From: Ginglymostoma cirratum
Lineage: Eukaryota
Reading direction: 5' to 3'
Assembly: GCA_024137785.1 (NCBI GenBank)
Contig: JAHRHZ010000111.1
Span: 34,607,830-34,671,829, forward strand
DNA length: 64,000 nucleotides
The notes under the pieces: generated by a model
What the model saw: only the letters and a program-made list of their open reading frames with translations
Told to the model about the DNA's origin: nothing
Database searches by the model: none
Shown: positions 38,520-50,604 of the stretch, piece by piece
How positions within the stretch are numbered: position 1 is the stretch's first letter
Layout of the letters: each line of letters starts with the position of its first letter
Program-made: the position numbers and the translations under genes

Positions 38520-38720
38520 AGTTTAGTTTAGCTCAGTTGGCTGGATAGCTGGTTTGCAATGCAAAATAATGCCAAACATTGGTTCAATTCCTGTCTTGGC
38601 TGAGGTTAGCACAAAGGATTCTCCTTTTCAACCTGACATCTTAGGGATGGTGACCTCGGGTTAAACTACCCTAGTCACTTCTCTCTAATGAGAAAATAGG
38701 GCTATGGTCTTTAGCTGACC
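38520..38720 (+). mobile_element. tRNA-derived SINE remnant of another family
   Basis: A-box-like 'tagctcagttgg' and B-box-like 'ggttcaattcc' followed by a non-tRNA body. Confidence 0.55.
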
Positions 38721-38967
38721 TTTTCATTTGGGTACGTACATTCGTTGCTCTGGTTAGGCTTTATACCACTACTCTACTTGCACTCCCTTAATTTAGTTTA
38801 CTACTCGAATTGGTCAACTTACTTTTTGTTCGTTCCACTCTTGTGGAAAGTCAGCAGAGGCACAGCAAAAGGAAAGAAAAAATCAAATCCATTTGCCAAA
38901 AAGATCTTTTATAGTCTGCTAACACCAGTGACATATCATTCCTATTATGACTGGTATGCTGTTATAA

Positions 38968-39575
38968 TTGGTATACTTGCCTTTATTGGTCAGAACATTG
39001 AGTATTGGAGTTGAGGTGTCATGTTATGGCTGTACAGGGCATTGGTTAGGCCATTTTTGGAGTACTATGTTCAATTCTGGTCTCCCTCCTATAACCTGTA
39101 AACGGTCCAGAAAAGACTAACAAGGATGTTGCCTGGGTTGGAGGGAGAGGCTGAATAGGCTGGGGCTATATTCCCTGGAGGGTTGGAGGCTGAAAGGCGA
39201 CCTTTTAGAAGTTTATAAAATCATGAGGTGCTCGGATTGGGTGGATAGCCAACGTCTTTCGCCCGAGTAGGGGAGTCCAAAACTAGAGGGCATAGGTTTA
39301 AGGTGAGAGGGGAAAGATTTAAAAGGAACCTAAAGGGAAACTTATTCATACAGAGGGTGGTGTGTGTATGGAATGAGCTGCCAGAGGAAGTGGTGGAGGC
39401 TGGTACAATCGCAACATTTAAAAGGCATCTGGATGGGTACATGAATAGAAAGGTTTGGAGCGATATGGACCAAATGCTGGCAAATGGGTCTAGGTTAATT
39501 TAGAATATCAGGTCAGCATGCATGGGTTGGACCGAAGCATCTGTTTCCGTGCTATACAACTGAATGACTGTATGA
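38968..39575 (+). mobile_element. CR1/HER1 LINE 3' end
   Basis: ORF RGERFKRNLKGNLFIQRVVCVWNELPEEVVEAGTIATFKRHLDGYMN, then 'ggaccgaagcatctgtttccgtgctatac' tail. Confidence 0.92.
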
Positions 39576-39825
39576 ACTCTTTGATTTCATATTTAAGAGA
39601 CTCAATGGACTGAGGTGTTCGTCCAACACATTTGAGTGGTTACAAAGTTAGTTTCAGTTGCATTGAGTTACATGGTAAGGATAAGGAAAGACATAATCTG
39701 ATCACAAGCAGTGAATAGGATGTGAGTTGATACGAAAAAAGAAATAAAAAGACACATTTAGTTCAGTGAAGTCAGCTGGTACACAGCATAAAGCTAATTT
39801 GGTGTTTGCACGGAATAAAATTCAC

Positions 39826-42800
39826 AGAATCATAGAATCATACATTACAGAAAAGGCCTTTCATTCCATTGCGTTTCTGCCACCAAAAATATCCTACTAC
39901 TTACACTAGTCTCACTTTCTCACACTCAGCCCATAACTTTGAATGTTATGACACTTCAATTGCTCATCTAAGTACTTTTTAAAGATTGCATGGTTTCCCA
40001 CCTCAACTACCCTCCCAGACAGTGCATTCCAGTGCACACAATGGGTGAAAATGCTTTTCCTTAAATCCTCTCTAAAACTCTTGCCTTTCACTTTAAAATT
40101 ATGCTCCCCTGTTATTGACCTTTTGAGTAAGGGAAGCAGCTGCTTTCAACCACCCTGTCCATGACCCTCATAACCTTTTGCACCTCTATCAGGTTCCACT
40201 TTCAACCTTCTCTGCTCCAAAGAAAACAACCTGAGCTTCTCCAGTCTCTTTTCATGGCTAAAATGTTCTATCCCATGCAACAAGCTGGTGAATCTCCTCT
40301 GCACTCCCCTCAGTGCAATTACATCCTTGATATAGTGCGTTGACAAGAACTGCACACAGTACTGTGTGTGGCCTAACCAAAGGTACAGCTCCAACATGAC
40401 CGCCGTGTTCTTATAATCTCTGCCAGGACTGATAAAGCAAGTGTTCCATATGCCTTCCTAACTACCCAAATAACCTGCTCTGTTACCTTCAGAGATCTGT
40501 GGACAAGCAGCCCAAGATCCCTGTGTTTGTCTGAGCTTCCTAGTGTCCTACTATTTATTAAGTATTCCCCTGTCTTGTCCCTTCTGCCAAAGTGCATCAC
40601 TTCACAACTATCAGGCTAAATTGCCATTGATCTGTCCATCTGACCAATCCGTTTATATCCTCCTGAAATCTAACATCTTCATCTTCATTTCCAACCACCC
40701 AACCAATCTTTGTATCATTCATAAACTCCTTAACATCCTCCCCAACATTCTCATATACATCATTGATGAATAGGAGAAACAATAAGGATCCAGCACTGAT
40801 CCCTGTCGTATGTCACTGCATACAGGGTTCCAGTCACACAAACACCCTTTTACCACAAACCTCTATGTCATGTCACTGAACCACCTTTGGACGCAACTTT
40901 CCAAGTTACTCTGGTTATCACGAGCTTTTGCCTTTGTCAGTTTCTCATGTGGGGCCTTGTCAAAGACCTTGCTGAAATCCATAAAAACTACATCAACAAC
41001 CCTACCTTCATGCAAACACTTAGTCACCTTCCTGAAAAAATCCATCAGATTTATTAGGTATGACCTCCCTCTGACAAAGCCATGCTGACTATCCCTGATC
41101 CAACTTTGTTTCTTTAGATGGAGACTAATTTTCTCCTTTATGATTTCTCCAATAGTTTCCCTACCACTGACGTTAGACTAACTGTTCAATAGTCCTGCAG
41201 TCTATCTCTACCAGGCTTCTTGAAAAGCCCAACCACATCAGCTGTCCTCCAGTTCTCTGTACCTCCCCTGTGGCCAGACAACATTTAAAAATTTGGTCAG
41301 GGACCCTGTAATTTACTCTCTCACCTTCCATAGCACCCTGAGATACAACTCATCCAGACCTGGGGATATGTCTATTTTTAAATCCGCCAAAGCTGCCAAT
41401 CTTTCCTTGCTTCTAATGTCAATCTGCCCAAGAACATCACAGTTCACCTTCTCGAATTCTAAACTTGCATCATCCTTCTCCCAAGTATAGACAAATGTGA
41501 AGTATTCATTTAACGCTCGGCCGATGTCTTCTCACATCAAGCACGGATTGCGCCATTGGTCGCTGATATACCTTATTCGTTCCCTGGTTGTTCTCTTCCA
41601 CTTAACATACTTGTAGAGTCTCTTGGGATTCTCTCTAATTTTGTCTGTGAGTGATATTTCGTGCCCCATCTTTGCTATAATTACTTTCTTGTGTTGCCCA
41701 CTGCATTCCTGTCGGGCTTTTGCCGTTTTGCTACCTTTGTGTCTGTTATTTTCATCCCTTTTCCTTTCCATCCAATTCTCAATATTCCTGGACTTTTGGG
41801 ACCACTGACCTTGTTGCTTCTTCATTTCATCCTGCAGGGGACATGTTGGACCTGTGTTTTCCATAGTACCTTTTTGAAGAACTCTCACTGTTCTGTTGTA
41901 GATTCAGGTTGCTGTTCGCAGTCTATTTTGGCCAGATCGTGCCTTATTTTAATAAAATCTGCCCAACCCAGTGCAAAACTCTTCTCCACAGACTACCTTT
42001 CTCATTTTCCATAACAAACTTAAATATAATGCGTTGTGATTGCTATCAATAAAGATCTCCCATGTCACCTCGAAAACTTGTCTGGCTTCATTTCCCAGAA
42101 TTAGTTCCAACACCGCACTGTACCTTGTAGGCCCATCTACACGTGAGAGAGAAAGCTCCCTATTATACACTTCAATAAATGTGCCCCCTCTAAACCCGTT
42201 ATACTATGATTATCCCAATTGATATTTGGGAGTTGAAATCTGCTTATAAAATTACCCTATCATTATTAGTATTCACCTTAGAGAATTGACTATGTATCTG
42301 CTCCTTACCTGCCCGCTGCTTGGGAGCCTATAGCATACACCTCTCAGTGTGACTGCCATCTTTTTATTCCTAAGTTCTACGCAAAAAGCCTCATTTGATG
42401 ACTCTTTCAAGATATCATCCCTCCTACTACAGTTACTGATTCCCTAACTAATAATGCAACACCACCTCCACTTTTGCACCTGCCCCTGTCCTACCTGAAG
42501 ATCCAATTTCCCAGAACGTTAAGTCTTGTCACTCCCTCAACCACGCCTCTGTGATGGTAGCAACATTGTAGCTCCATGTGTCAATCCATACCCTTAGCTT
42601 ATCTTGTCCTATCTCCTGGCATTAAAGTAGCAGCCATCCAGCCTCACTCCCATGAGACTTGATATGGCTGCACTCACTCTTCCTTGGTTCTTTTTAAAAT
42701 TATATTGTGTTGTTCTTGAATTAACGCACTGTGTCCCCTGTCCCTGCTGCACTAGTTTAAACTCCTCCCAACAACACTAGCAAACCCACAGGATATTAGT

Positions 42801-43435
42801 CCCATTCACGTTCAGGTGCAGACTGTCCCACTTATAGAGGTCCCATTATAGTAATTGTAATGTGGGCTGTTAACCTGGTCCAATCAGGAAGATCTGGCTG
42901 ACAGATAAGTACAGGAGTATCAGGCATCCCGTTCACTCTGAGAGCTGGCTCTGAGGGAGCTGGATCAGTGTCAAAGACTCTCCATGTGTAAATAAAGGGT
43001 GACTTGGTGATGGGGTTCTGGCCTCTGTGAAGTTACTTCTCCCACCTTTGCCAGGAACAGTCCCAGGGATTCAGGAATTGAAAGTCCTTCCCCCATGCAC
43101 CAACTCTGGAGCCACACATTCATCTGGCCTAATCTCCTATTTCAGTACTCACTGACATGTGATATTTGAGTAATCCTGAGATTGTAACCTTGGAAGTTTT
43201 GCTTCTTAATCTACCACTTAGTTCTCTGAACTCTTGATGCGAGACCTAATTCTCATTCTTTTTATGTCATAGGTACCAATGTGTACCATGACCTCTGTCT
43301 GATCACCCTACCCCTTCAAGATGCCCTGCAGCTGCTCAATGACATCCCTGGCCCTGGCACTAGGATGGCAACACATCATCCTGACCTCAGTGGCTGTAGA
43401 AACTGCTGTATGTTCCCCTAAATAACGAATCTCCT
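39826..43435 (-). mobile_element. Near full-length decayed CR1 LINE (ORF1 esterase plus ORF2 EN/RT)
   Basis: RT motifs VDVVFMDFSKVFDK, LFINDV and YCVQFLS, EN C-terminus AVLELILGNE...DSNHN, ORF1 motifs GDSLFRG and VMVHIGTYD (43262-43434, hand translated), and tail 'cacagaatcatagaatcata'. Confidence 0.9.
42848..43038 (+). mobile_element. Solo LTR-like insertion within CR1 ORF1
   Basis: 'gtaattgtaat...ccaatcagg...gctgacagataa...taaataaagggtgacttggtga...gttacttc', homologous to 36362-36740. 'tccca' lies on both sides. Confidence 0.7.
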
Positions 43436-44174
43436 TTCATCATCTTCCTTCCCACACCCCCACCCCCCCAATTCCTGTACAGTCATGTCTCTTGTAGTGC
43501 CAGAAGCCTGGCTCTGACCATAGTCTTTTGAGGTACCGGAGATCAGGGCTCTCGTCCATTGCAGGTTGGAAAACCAATTTGTGAATGGGACCACAGTTTT
43601 AATGCTCACCGCTCCATACACCTCCCCTCCAGGCTCAGCCACAGTCCCAGCTGCCCGGTAAGCAGGCCCAAAATCCCTGGCTGTAAATTTTTATACTCAC
43701 TGCTTCATGCCCCTCCCCAACAGTCTCTGACACTGTCCAGTATATTCAGAACCGGGTATATAAAGCGAATGTATCAGGAAACATTCTAGGGGCAAAGTAT
43801 GGGTGGAGGAGCCAGTGGACATTATCAGCAATGGAGGTCTGGACGTCTGCTAAAGGTGCACAGAGATTTCAGCTGTGCGCACCAACAAATCTGGTGAACC
43901 AGTTGAGAGCCAAAGATCTGCAGGACCAGGAACTGAATCCCCAAGAAAAGAATTGCCTGCAGACCATTCACTAATAACCAGCTCTTTATCATTCGTAACA
44001 TTATTGTTGATCATTGTATTGACAGCCTAACTAAACTGTAACTCACGGGTGGCAGCAAATTGCTGCCTCTCCATCTAATTCTGCTTTCTATTACCTGCCC
44101 CACACAAACTGCTGTGGCATTGGTATGGTCTTTATCAGAAAGACATATGTTGGTCTCCCTGCCTAATGCGTGAG

Positions 44175-44560
44175 AACATATGAGTATGAGTAATAGGATT
44201 GTGAACAGATTGTGTGCCTCTTAAATCTGCTCCAACAATTACTAAAATTATGGCTGATAATATACTGAATTCCATAGTTTTACCCGACCTTCATTTCCCT
44301 TGGTTCTTTTGGTATCAAAACATCTATTAATCACTGCCCATGTATATGTTCAATGACTAAGCATCCACAGCTGCCTGGAGAGGAGAATTCCAAAGGTTCA
44401 CTGATCTTCACGTGAAGAAATTTCTCCTCATCTCAGTCCTAAATGTTGACCGTGTATTCTGAATCAGTAACCCTCAGTTTGAGGCGAACACTAAAGCAGG
44501 TACTCCAGATAATGGCAAATATCTTACCAGCAACAATTTTTCCAAACCTCTTTAAGAATT
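44175..44560 (-). mobile_element. Old CR1 3' end
   Basis: 'gagaattccaaaggttcactgatc...gtgaagaaatttctcctcatctcagtcctaaatg'. Confidence 0.6.
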
Positions 44561-46070
44561 TTTTATGAATGCTCCTGTGGGTCCCTCTCTTTCTTCACAC
44601 TTTCACAGTACTCTAAGTACTCAACCTATCTCTTAACATGTTTGTTGTTTGCTGCCTTTACAAAGCTTCATCCAAGTTTCTCTTCAAGATATACTTATCA
44701 GTTGCCTTTATGGTAAGTAAGCTCCTCATTCTCAGTAAAGCCAGTCCCTATGTTGGCTTCCTTTCTCTTGCTACTCTGAACTTGAATTCACCACTTACCT
44801 CAAACCTTCACTTGTATAAATGATCCTACTCATATTCACGACCAACAACTCTGCCTTACCATCTCCTGTGACCTCTTTATTGTTGCAGTATCGATCACTG
44901 TCAAGGCCACTGCCAAGGAATTCCCTGCATCCATCATGACTCACATCCTCCTTCCCGTTCTGTAGCTGCCTGATTAATCCTGGGTAATGTCTGCGGTAGC
45001 AGCTATTTTATTCCAAAACAAACGAAATGAGCTCAAAGTCTCCAAAGTTTTACTCATTGAGATCACCTAAGTCTTCAGAGGAATCAATCTTTTTTCTATA
45101 TGTGGCTAAAAAAGAGCAAAACGACTCATTTTCCCAATAAGCACACAACGTTTCTGTGAGGCTTTTTTAAAATATTTCATAACAACCTTTAGTCACAACT
45201 TGAACCAACTTAATTCGATTCATTCCATGCTCCATTGAATCTCTGTGAGGTCACAATTGCACTTCGGTTCATGGGTACATTTGTAGCTGTAATAAGAAAC
45301 TATTGCAACTGGGAGGGATTCATGTTCTCTCATAATGATTCTGCTGCTGCTGCTGTAATTAAAGCATCTCCCATGCAATCTCAAAACAGCTTGTGAGAAG
45401 CAGAGTGGGGAAGTTCCACATCTAGCGCAGTGGCAGCTGGAAATACTACTACGTTCTATTTTCAGCCCTTGTATATCACCTGCCTGTTTTAGGCTCCCTC
45501 AGAGATGCCTTTGCAAGAAAACAGTTCTGCTGATTATGGTGGCTAAATTGACAGCCCCCGAAAAGGAGCATTTGGATTGCGAGTCGGTGTTAATGAGCAA
45601 GAGGGTGGTGCTTGCCATCCATTTATTTGCATTCTGACTGGAATGTGAGAACTCATGCTCCAATGTTCTCTGAATCTGCACTGGATGCACGAGGCCATCT
45701 ATCCACAGAGGTTCAGAGGACATTCAAGAGAAATGGTGTGAAGGTGATGGGAGTAGAAAGCCCTCGAGGTCAATGCCAGCCGTCAAGCCCTGAAGGCATG
45801 GATAGAGTTCTGCAAGATGTTCAACAAATCTCTCACAAGTTTACAAGGTCATGGAACTTGTGTTCAAAAGCCTTTCTATTCACAAGCACCAGCCACCCAT
45901 CTCACACACAGCCTGATTTACCACTTACCCATGAATGTGCTAAAAAAAGAAAAAACTCGTTTATGTATAACTTTTAATCTCATCCAACGGGCTAAAGCAC
46001 TTCACAGGAAAGGGTTCGAAAACCATGTATGACATTGACGCACATAGGGAAATATTAGGTCAGATAACCT

Positions 46071-46378
46071 GGGTGGCATGGTGGCTCAGTGGTTAGCACT
46101 GTTGCCTCACAGTGCCAAGGTTGGATTCCACCCTCAGGCGACTGACTGTGTGGAGTTTGCATATTCTCCCTGTGTCTGCGTGGGTTTCCTCTGGGTGCTC
46201 CGGTTTCCTCCCACAGTGCAAAGATGCGCAGGCTAGGTGGATTGGTCATGCTAAATTGCCTGTAGTGTTCAGGGATGCATAGATTAGGTGGGTTATAGGG
46301 GTCTGGGTGGGGTGCTCTGGGGGTCGGTGTGGACCTGTTGGACCGAAGGACCTGTTTCCACATTGTAGGGATTCTATG
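46071..46378 (+). mobile_element. HE1-type SINE inside an L2-like remnant (about 46030-46710)
   Basis: 'ggtggcatggtggctcagtggttagcactgttgcctcacagtgcc...tgtggagtttgcatattctccc...gtagggattctatg'. Confidence 0.93.
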
Positions 46379-46871
46379 AACCAAAAGTAGGGTCAAATGA
46401 ATAGGTTTAAAGAGCCTCTTAAAAGAGGAAAGTGAGACAAAGAGGTGGAGAGGGCTAGTGATGGCCTTCCAAAGATGGCACTTGAAAAACATAGCCACCC
46501 AATGTTGGAATGATTATAATTGGGAACGCACAAGATGCCAAAATTAGAGGAGCACGGATATTGCAGAGTGTCATGTGAAAGGGAATTACAAAGATAGGGA
46601 CTGGAAAGGTTGATTGAAATTTTAAAGTCAGTGCACCGCTTGAGCATGTAGGTCAGCATGCACACAGGGATAATAGGGGAAAGAGTTTTGCTGCAAGTTA
46701 AGACAGAAGCAACTAAGTTTGAAGTCTCAGAGATAGAAGGTACTGCAGATGCTGGAGAATCCGAGATAACAAGGTGTGGGGCTGGATGAACACAGCAGGC
46801 CAAGCAGCATCATAGGAGCAGAAAAGCTTGACGTTTCGGGCCTAGACCCTTCATCTGATGAAGGGTCTAGG

Positions 46872-47271
46872 NNNNNNNNNNNNNNNNNNNNNNNNNNNNN
46901 NNNNNNNNNNNNNNNNNNNNNNNNNNNNNNNNNNNNNNNNNNNNNNNNNNNNNNNNNNNNNNNNNNNNNNNNNNNNNNNNNNNNNNNNNNNNNNNNNNNN
47001 NNNNNNNNNNNNNNNNNNNNNNNNNNNNNNNNNNNNNNNNNNNNNNNNNNNNNNNNNNNNNNNNNNNNNNNNNNNNNNNNNNNNNNNNNNNNNNNNNNNN
47101 NNNNNNNNNNNNNNNNNNNNNNNNNNNNNNNNNNNNNNNNNNNNNNNNNNNNNNNNNNNNNNNNNNNNNNNNNNNNNNNNNNNNNNNNNNNNNNNNNNNN
47201 NNNNNNNNNNNNNNNNNNNNNNNNNNNNNNNNNNNNNNNNNNNNNNNNNNNNNNNNNNNNNNNNNNNNNNN
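46872..47271. other. Assembly gap (400 N)
   Basis: Run of N. Confidence 1.
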
Positions 47272-47305
47272 TTTCTGATGAAGGGTCTAGGCCCGAAACG
47301 TCAAG
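47272..47305 (+). ncRNA. Minimal type I hammerhead ribozyme motif (family A)
   Basis: TTT-CTGATGA-A-GGG-TCTAGG-CCC-GAAAC-GTC-AAG: intact core, GUC triplet, ACGT palindromic stem III and very short stem I. Confidence 0.75.
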
Positions 47306-49767
47306 CTTTCCTGCTCCTATGATGCTGCTTGGCCTGCTGTGTTCATCCAGCCCCACACCTTGTTATCTAAGTTTGAAGTCTCCCTGCTGCTGGTAAACCT
47401 GCCTTATGGGGATAATCAAATTCTGCCCCAAGGAATTCAGTGCATTCTAGTTCAGAGTTTATGGTCACATATTTATTTACAGAATATTCTTCAAAGATAA
47501 ACAGAATTTTATTTCGACATTCATTACCTTCTGGCATTAATACTCAGTTTTATTTTCCTCACTCAAGCACTTCAATAAAAGTGATCTGATTTTGCAGATT
47601 AATTATGCTGCCTCCATCCCCAGTGACACATTCTTCCTAGAAGTGACTCATATGCTCTCATAACAATATCAGAAGAGTGATCTTTTTAATGCTGGAAAGC
47701 TGTCACCATGCAGAAATCTGCCTCTGACATTTACAGTGTTCTCTCCCCTGAACCAAAGCTGGAAGTAATAGTGCAGAAAACTAAGGTAGATATCTTAATC
47801 AGCAGAGCTTAAAATATCTTACAGCCAGGTTCTGCCCAGAAGAAACAGTAAACAACCTGCAGAAATATTTCAACTGCAGGAATCAAACGCATATTTTTTC
47901 CGCTGGCATTTAATTTATTCCAAGCAAACAGCAGGGTGATTCTGTGGGCAATTTTGTAAGCTGTGCTCACGGTGCAGATCATTGCAAAGTGAGATCAAGG
48001 GCCACAGAACTAGCCCACTATGTTGCATTGTCGCTGTATCAATGACATGTGTTTCCGTTCTGTGGGACTCCAGGCTGAAAATGACCCTCATAAGATCATC
48101 ATCACCATACGCAGAAAACTGTGTTCTACATTTTGCAAATAATGAAACCGTAATGTGAAGAGCTACGTACAAAATAATTTAAAATGCCAGGTGATGCTGG
48201 GTTTGTGAGTGCACGCATTATGCACCAGTTGTCATATAGAGTGGAGTGAATGCGGTGAAGTCAAAGGGGCAATAGGGCCTGAATTACAAGCCATTATTTT
48301 TAGGGACAGAAAATAGCACATCACAGGCTTAATAATTCCCGTCCGCCATTTGCAGCGATCAGCAGAATCAATTTGACATCTCTGCAGTTTTTAGAAGTTT
48401 TGAGCTGACTGAAGCTTTACCTCCAGCCTTTTAGGTCGATTCCCATTAAACTGCAAACTACCCAACTTCATTTTCTGGCCCCATGCAATCGTTTTCTCTC
48501 CTCAGGAATAATGCCTTTCCCTTTCAGAGTCTCTGGTATTATACTCCTCCTGAAAATGACACCTTGACTCCCTCTCCTAGCTACTCTTTCCTCTGCACAA
48601 ATACATCGTCAGCTCCAAAATCTCCACACCTCTTTATCATAACACAACAGTTGAGTATTTCCAATATTAGTTTCTACTCCATGCAAGGCAGATGGGGCTA
48701 CAGTGAACATAACAAATAACTCTTCTGTAACTATCGTCAATTGTAATATCCCTCTTTGCCCTTCTCTGTCATTTTTCTGCAGTTGACCCAGGGCTAAATC
48801 TTACAATTTTCTTTGGCAAGTTTTTGGAGGAATCCCCACCACAAGACCTGTCGAGGTTTCTCAATGTTTATTACCAAGCATGCCTAGTTAGCTAGCTGTA
48901 CTGGCCCTAAAGCATTCCTCATGTCCAATTCTATCCCCAAATTACCACACTCCATTCCCAGAATAACTTGGCACTCAGCAGATGTCCGCTGAAAGACTGT
49001 CATTGCTTGTGCTCCCACATCCTCTGAAAGGTCATTGGGCACCTATACAAGTGTTGGCATCTGGTTTTGCCCCTGACCAGCATCCAGGAAGCTATACTGC
49101 CCACATCACATGACTGACACTCTTTCATACATATTGACCCCACCTTTTCAGCTATTTGACCACCGCACCACACACATTAGCTGTCTGTAGCTACATCCCA
49201 TCTAACTACCCTCTCTGATTCACCTCTACTCTGTCCCCAGTGTGCAGTGGACACCTGCACTTCGTCATTGTCCAGTAGAGGAACATCTTCTGTAGGCAAA
49301 CAATCAGGCAATTCCAAGAATGAGCTGTTATTTATAGCCAGCAGAAAGGAACACAATAAAATCTATAGAGGCTTCAGTTCACTCCCACAATTGCAATCAC
49401 ATGCTGACGCTATGCCCAACAACTACTTTACAGTCTATGATGATTTGCTGCACTGACCCCTCATCAATTGGAACCTGGTGTTAGTCACCTGCTGTCCAGC
49501 TTGTAAAGCCCGACACAGCTAACTCTAACATGCAGGAGGAGATCTCCCATCTCCCCAGTGTCCATATTCTCCCATTCAGAAGTGTGCTCCCATTCACCCA
49601 GTTCCTCAGGATCTATCTTATCGTCTCATTGCCTGCTCTAGAGAACAATATGCAAGGATGATGCAGCACACTCTGTGCAGGCTGTACTGGAGGGCCCCAG
49701 ACCAGTAGAAACAGAGGAACTGAGTCTTCAACACCCTATTTATTGACTTATCTATTCTCCCCTTTAA

Positions 49768-49932
49768 TCATTCCCAGGATGAGGGAGTCACTGGCTAGGC
49801 AGCATTTATTGTCCATCCCTAATTGCCCAGAGGGCAGTTAAAAGTCAACCACATTGCTGTGTCTGGACTCACATGCAGACCAGACCAGGTAAGGATGACA
49901 TTTTCTTTCCCTAAAGGACATTAGTGAACCAT
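49768..49932 (-). mobile_element. MetaSINE-like SINE, 3' half
   Basis: Matches 55545-55712. Confidence 0.85.
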
Positions 49933-50309
49933 TGACTCCTCCACCACAACACTAATCGAAGCATGGGCCACCCTGTATCTGATTTCAGCATTGTGCAATG
50001 GTGTCATGAGCCATAGTCTCAGTGGGTAGCCCTTGACTCCCAGTAACCAGCTTCATAAGGCTTCTGGATCCTTAAATGCACCAGGTACAAGACAGTGCCC
50101 TCAGAAGTAGGAGTTATAGCAGCTGCCAGGGTGGTGGGCACACACCTCCAGAACATTGTGACAGTGATCACAGATCACTTGCACTTTCTTCTTCCTTTTG
50201 GTGGATTCCACTGTCAGCGTGATGTAGCACTGGCTTCTCCTTCTAAACGTACACTATTACTTCTGGAATTCCTTAAGGGTAAATCTTCGGTCACCTCCTG
50301 TTCATTTAT

Positions 50310-50425
50310 AGATATTTTAAAAGAACTTTTTGAGACATGATATGGCGCAGGTCTGTCGCAGGTGGGACTTAAACCCCGAACTTCTGAACCTGATGTAGAG
50401 TCACTACCACTACACTGACAACAGC
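50310..50425 (-). mobile_element. Short tRNA-derived SINE
   Basis: 'caggtgggacttaaacccc...actaccactacac', same family as 20910-21020. Confidence 0.5.
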
Positions 50426-50604
50426 CCTCATCCTTTTCATCGATATGTGATCCTCAGCAACATGCCGAGTATTTGTTGTCCATCTTAAATTATCCTCAAG
50501 AAGGTTGTATTGAGTTGCCTTGTGGTGGTAGCAAGTTACATGGGTAAAAACATGCCGGGTAAAGAAATGAACTGATTGATAAGTGAATTTTTTTGATAAA
50601 AGAG

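Larger units (their letters stand above)
46729..47366. mobile_element. Young PLE family A hairpin insertion spanning the assembly gap
   Basis: The arms differ at one position over about 90 bp. 16-bp TSD CTAAGTTTGAAGTCTC (46713-46728 / 47367-47382). Confidence 0.92.

Noticed and set aside
46071-46140. tRNA-like A/B boxes here and at 26280, 38520 and 55896
   Set aside because: They continue into SINE bodies and form no complete cloverleaf, so they are not tRNA genes.
46727-47396. Longest ORFs in the track (206-209 aa)
   Set aside because: They read through the N gap, and their mirror-image starts come from the hairpin arms.
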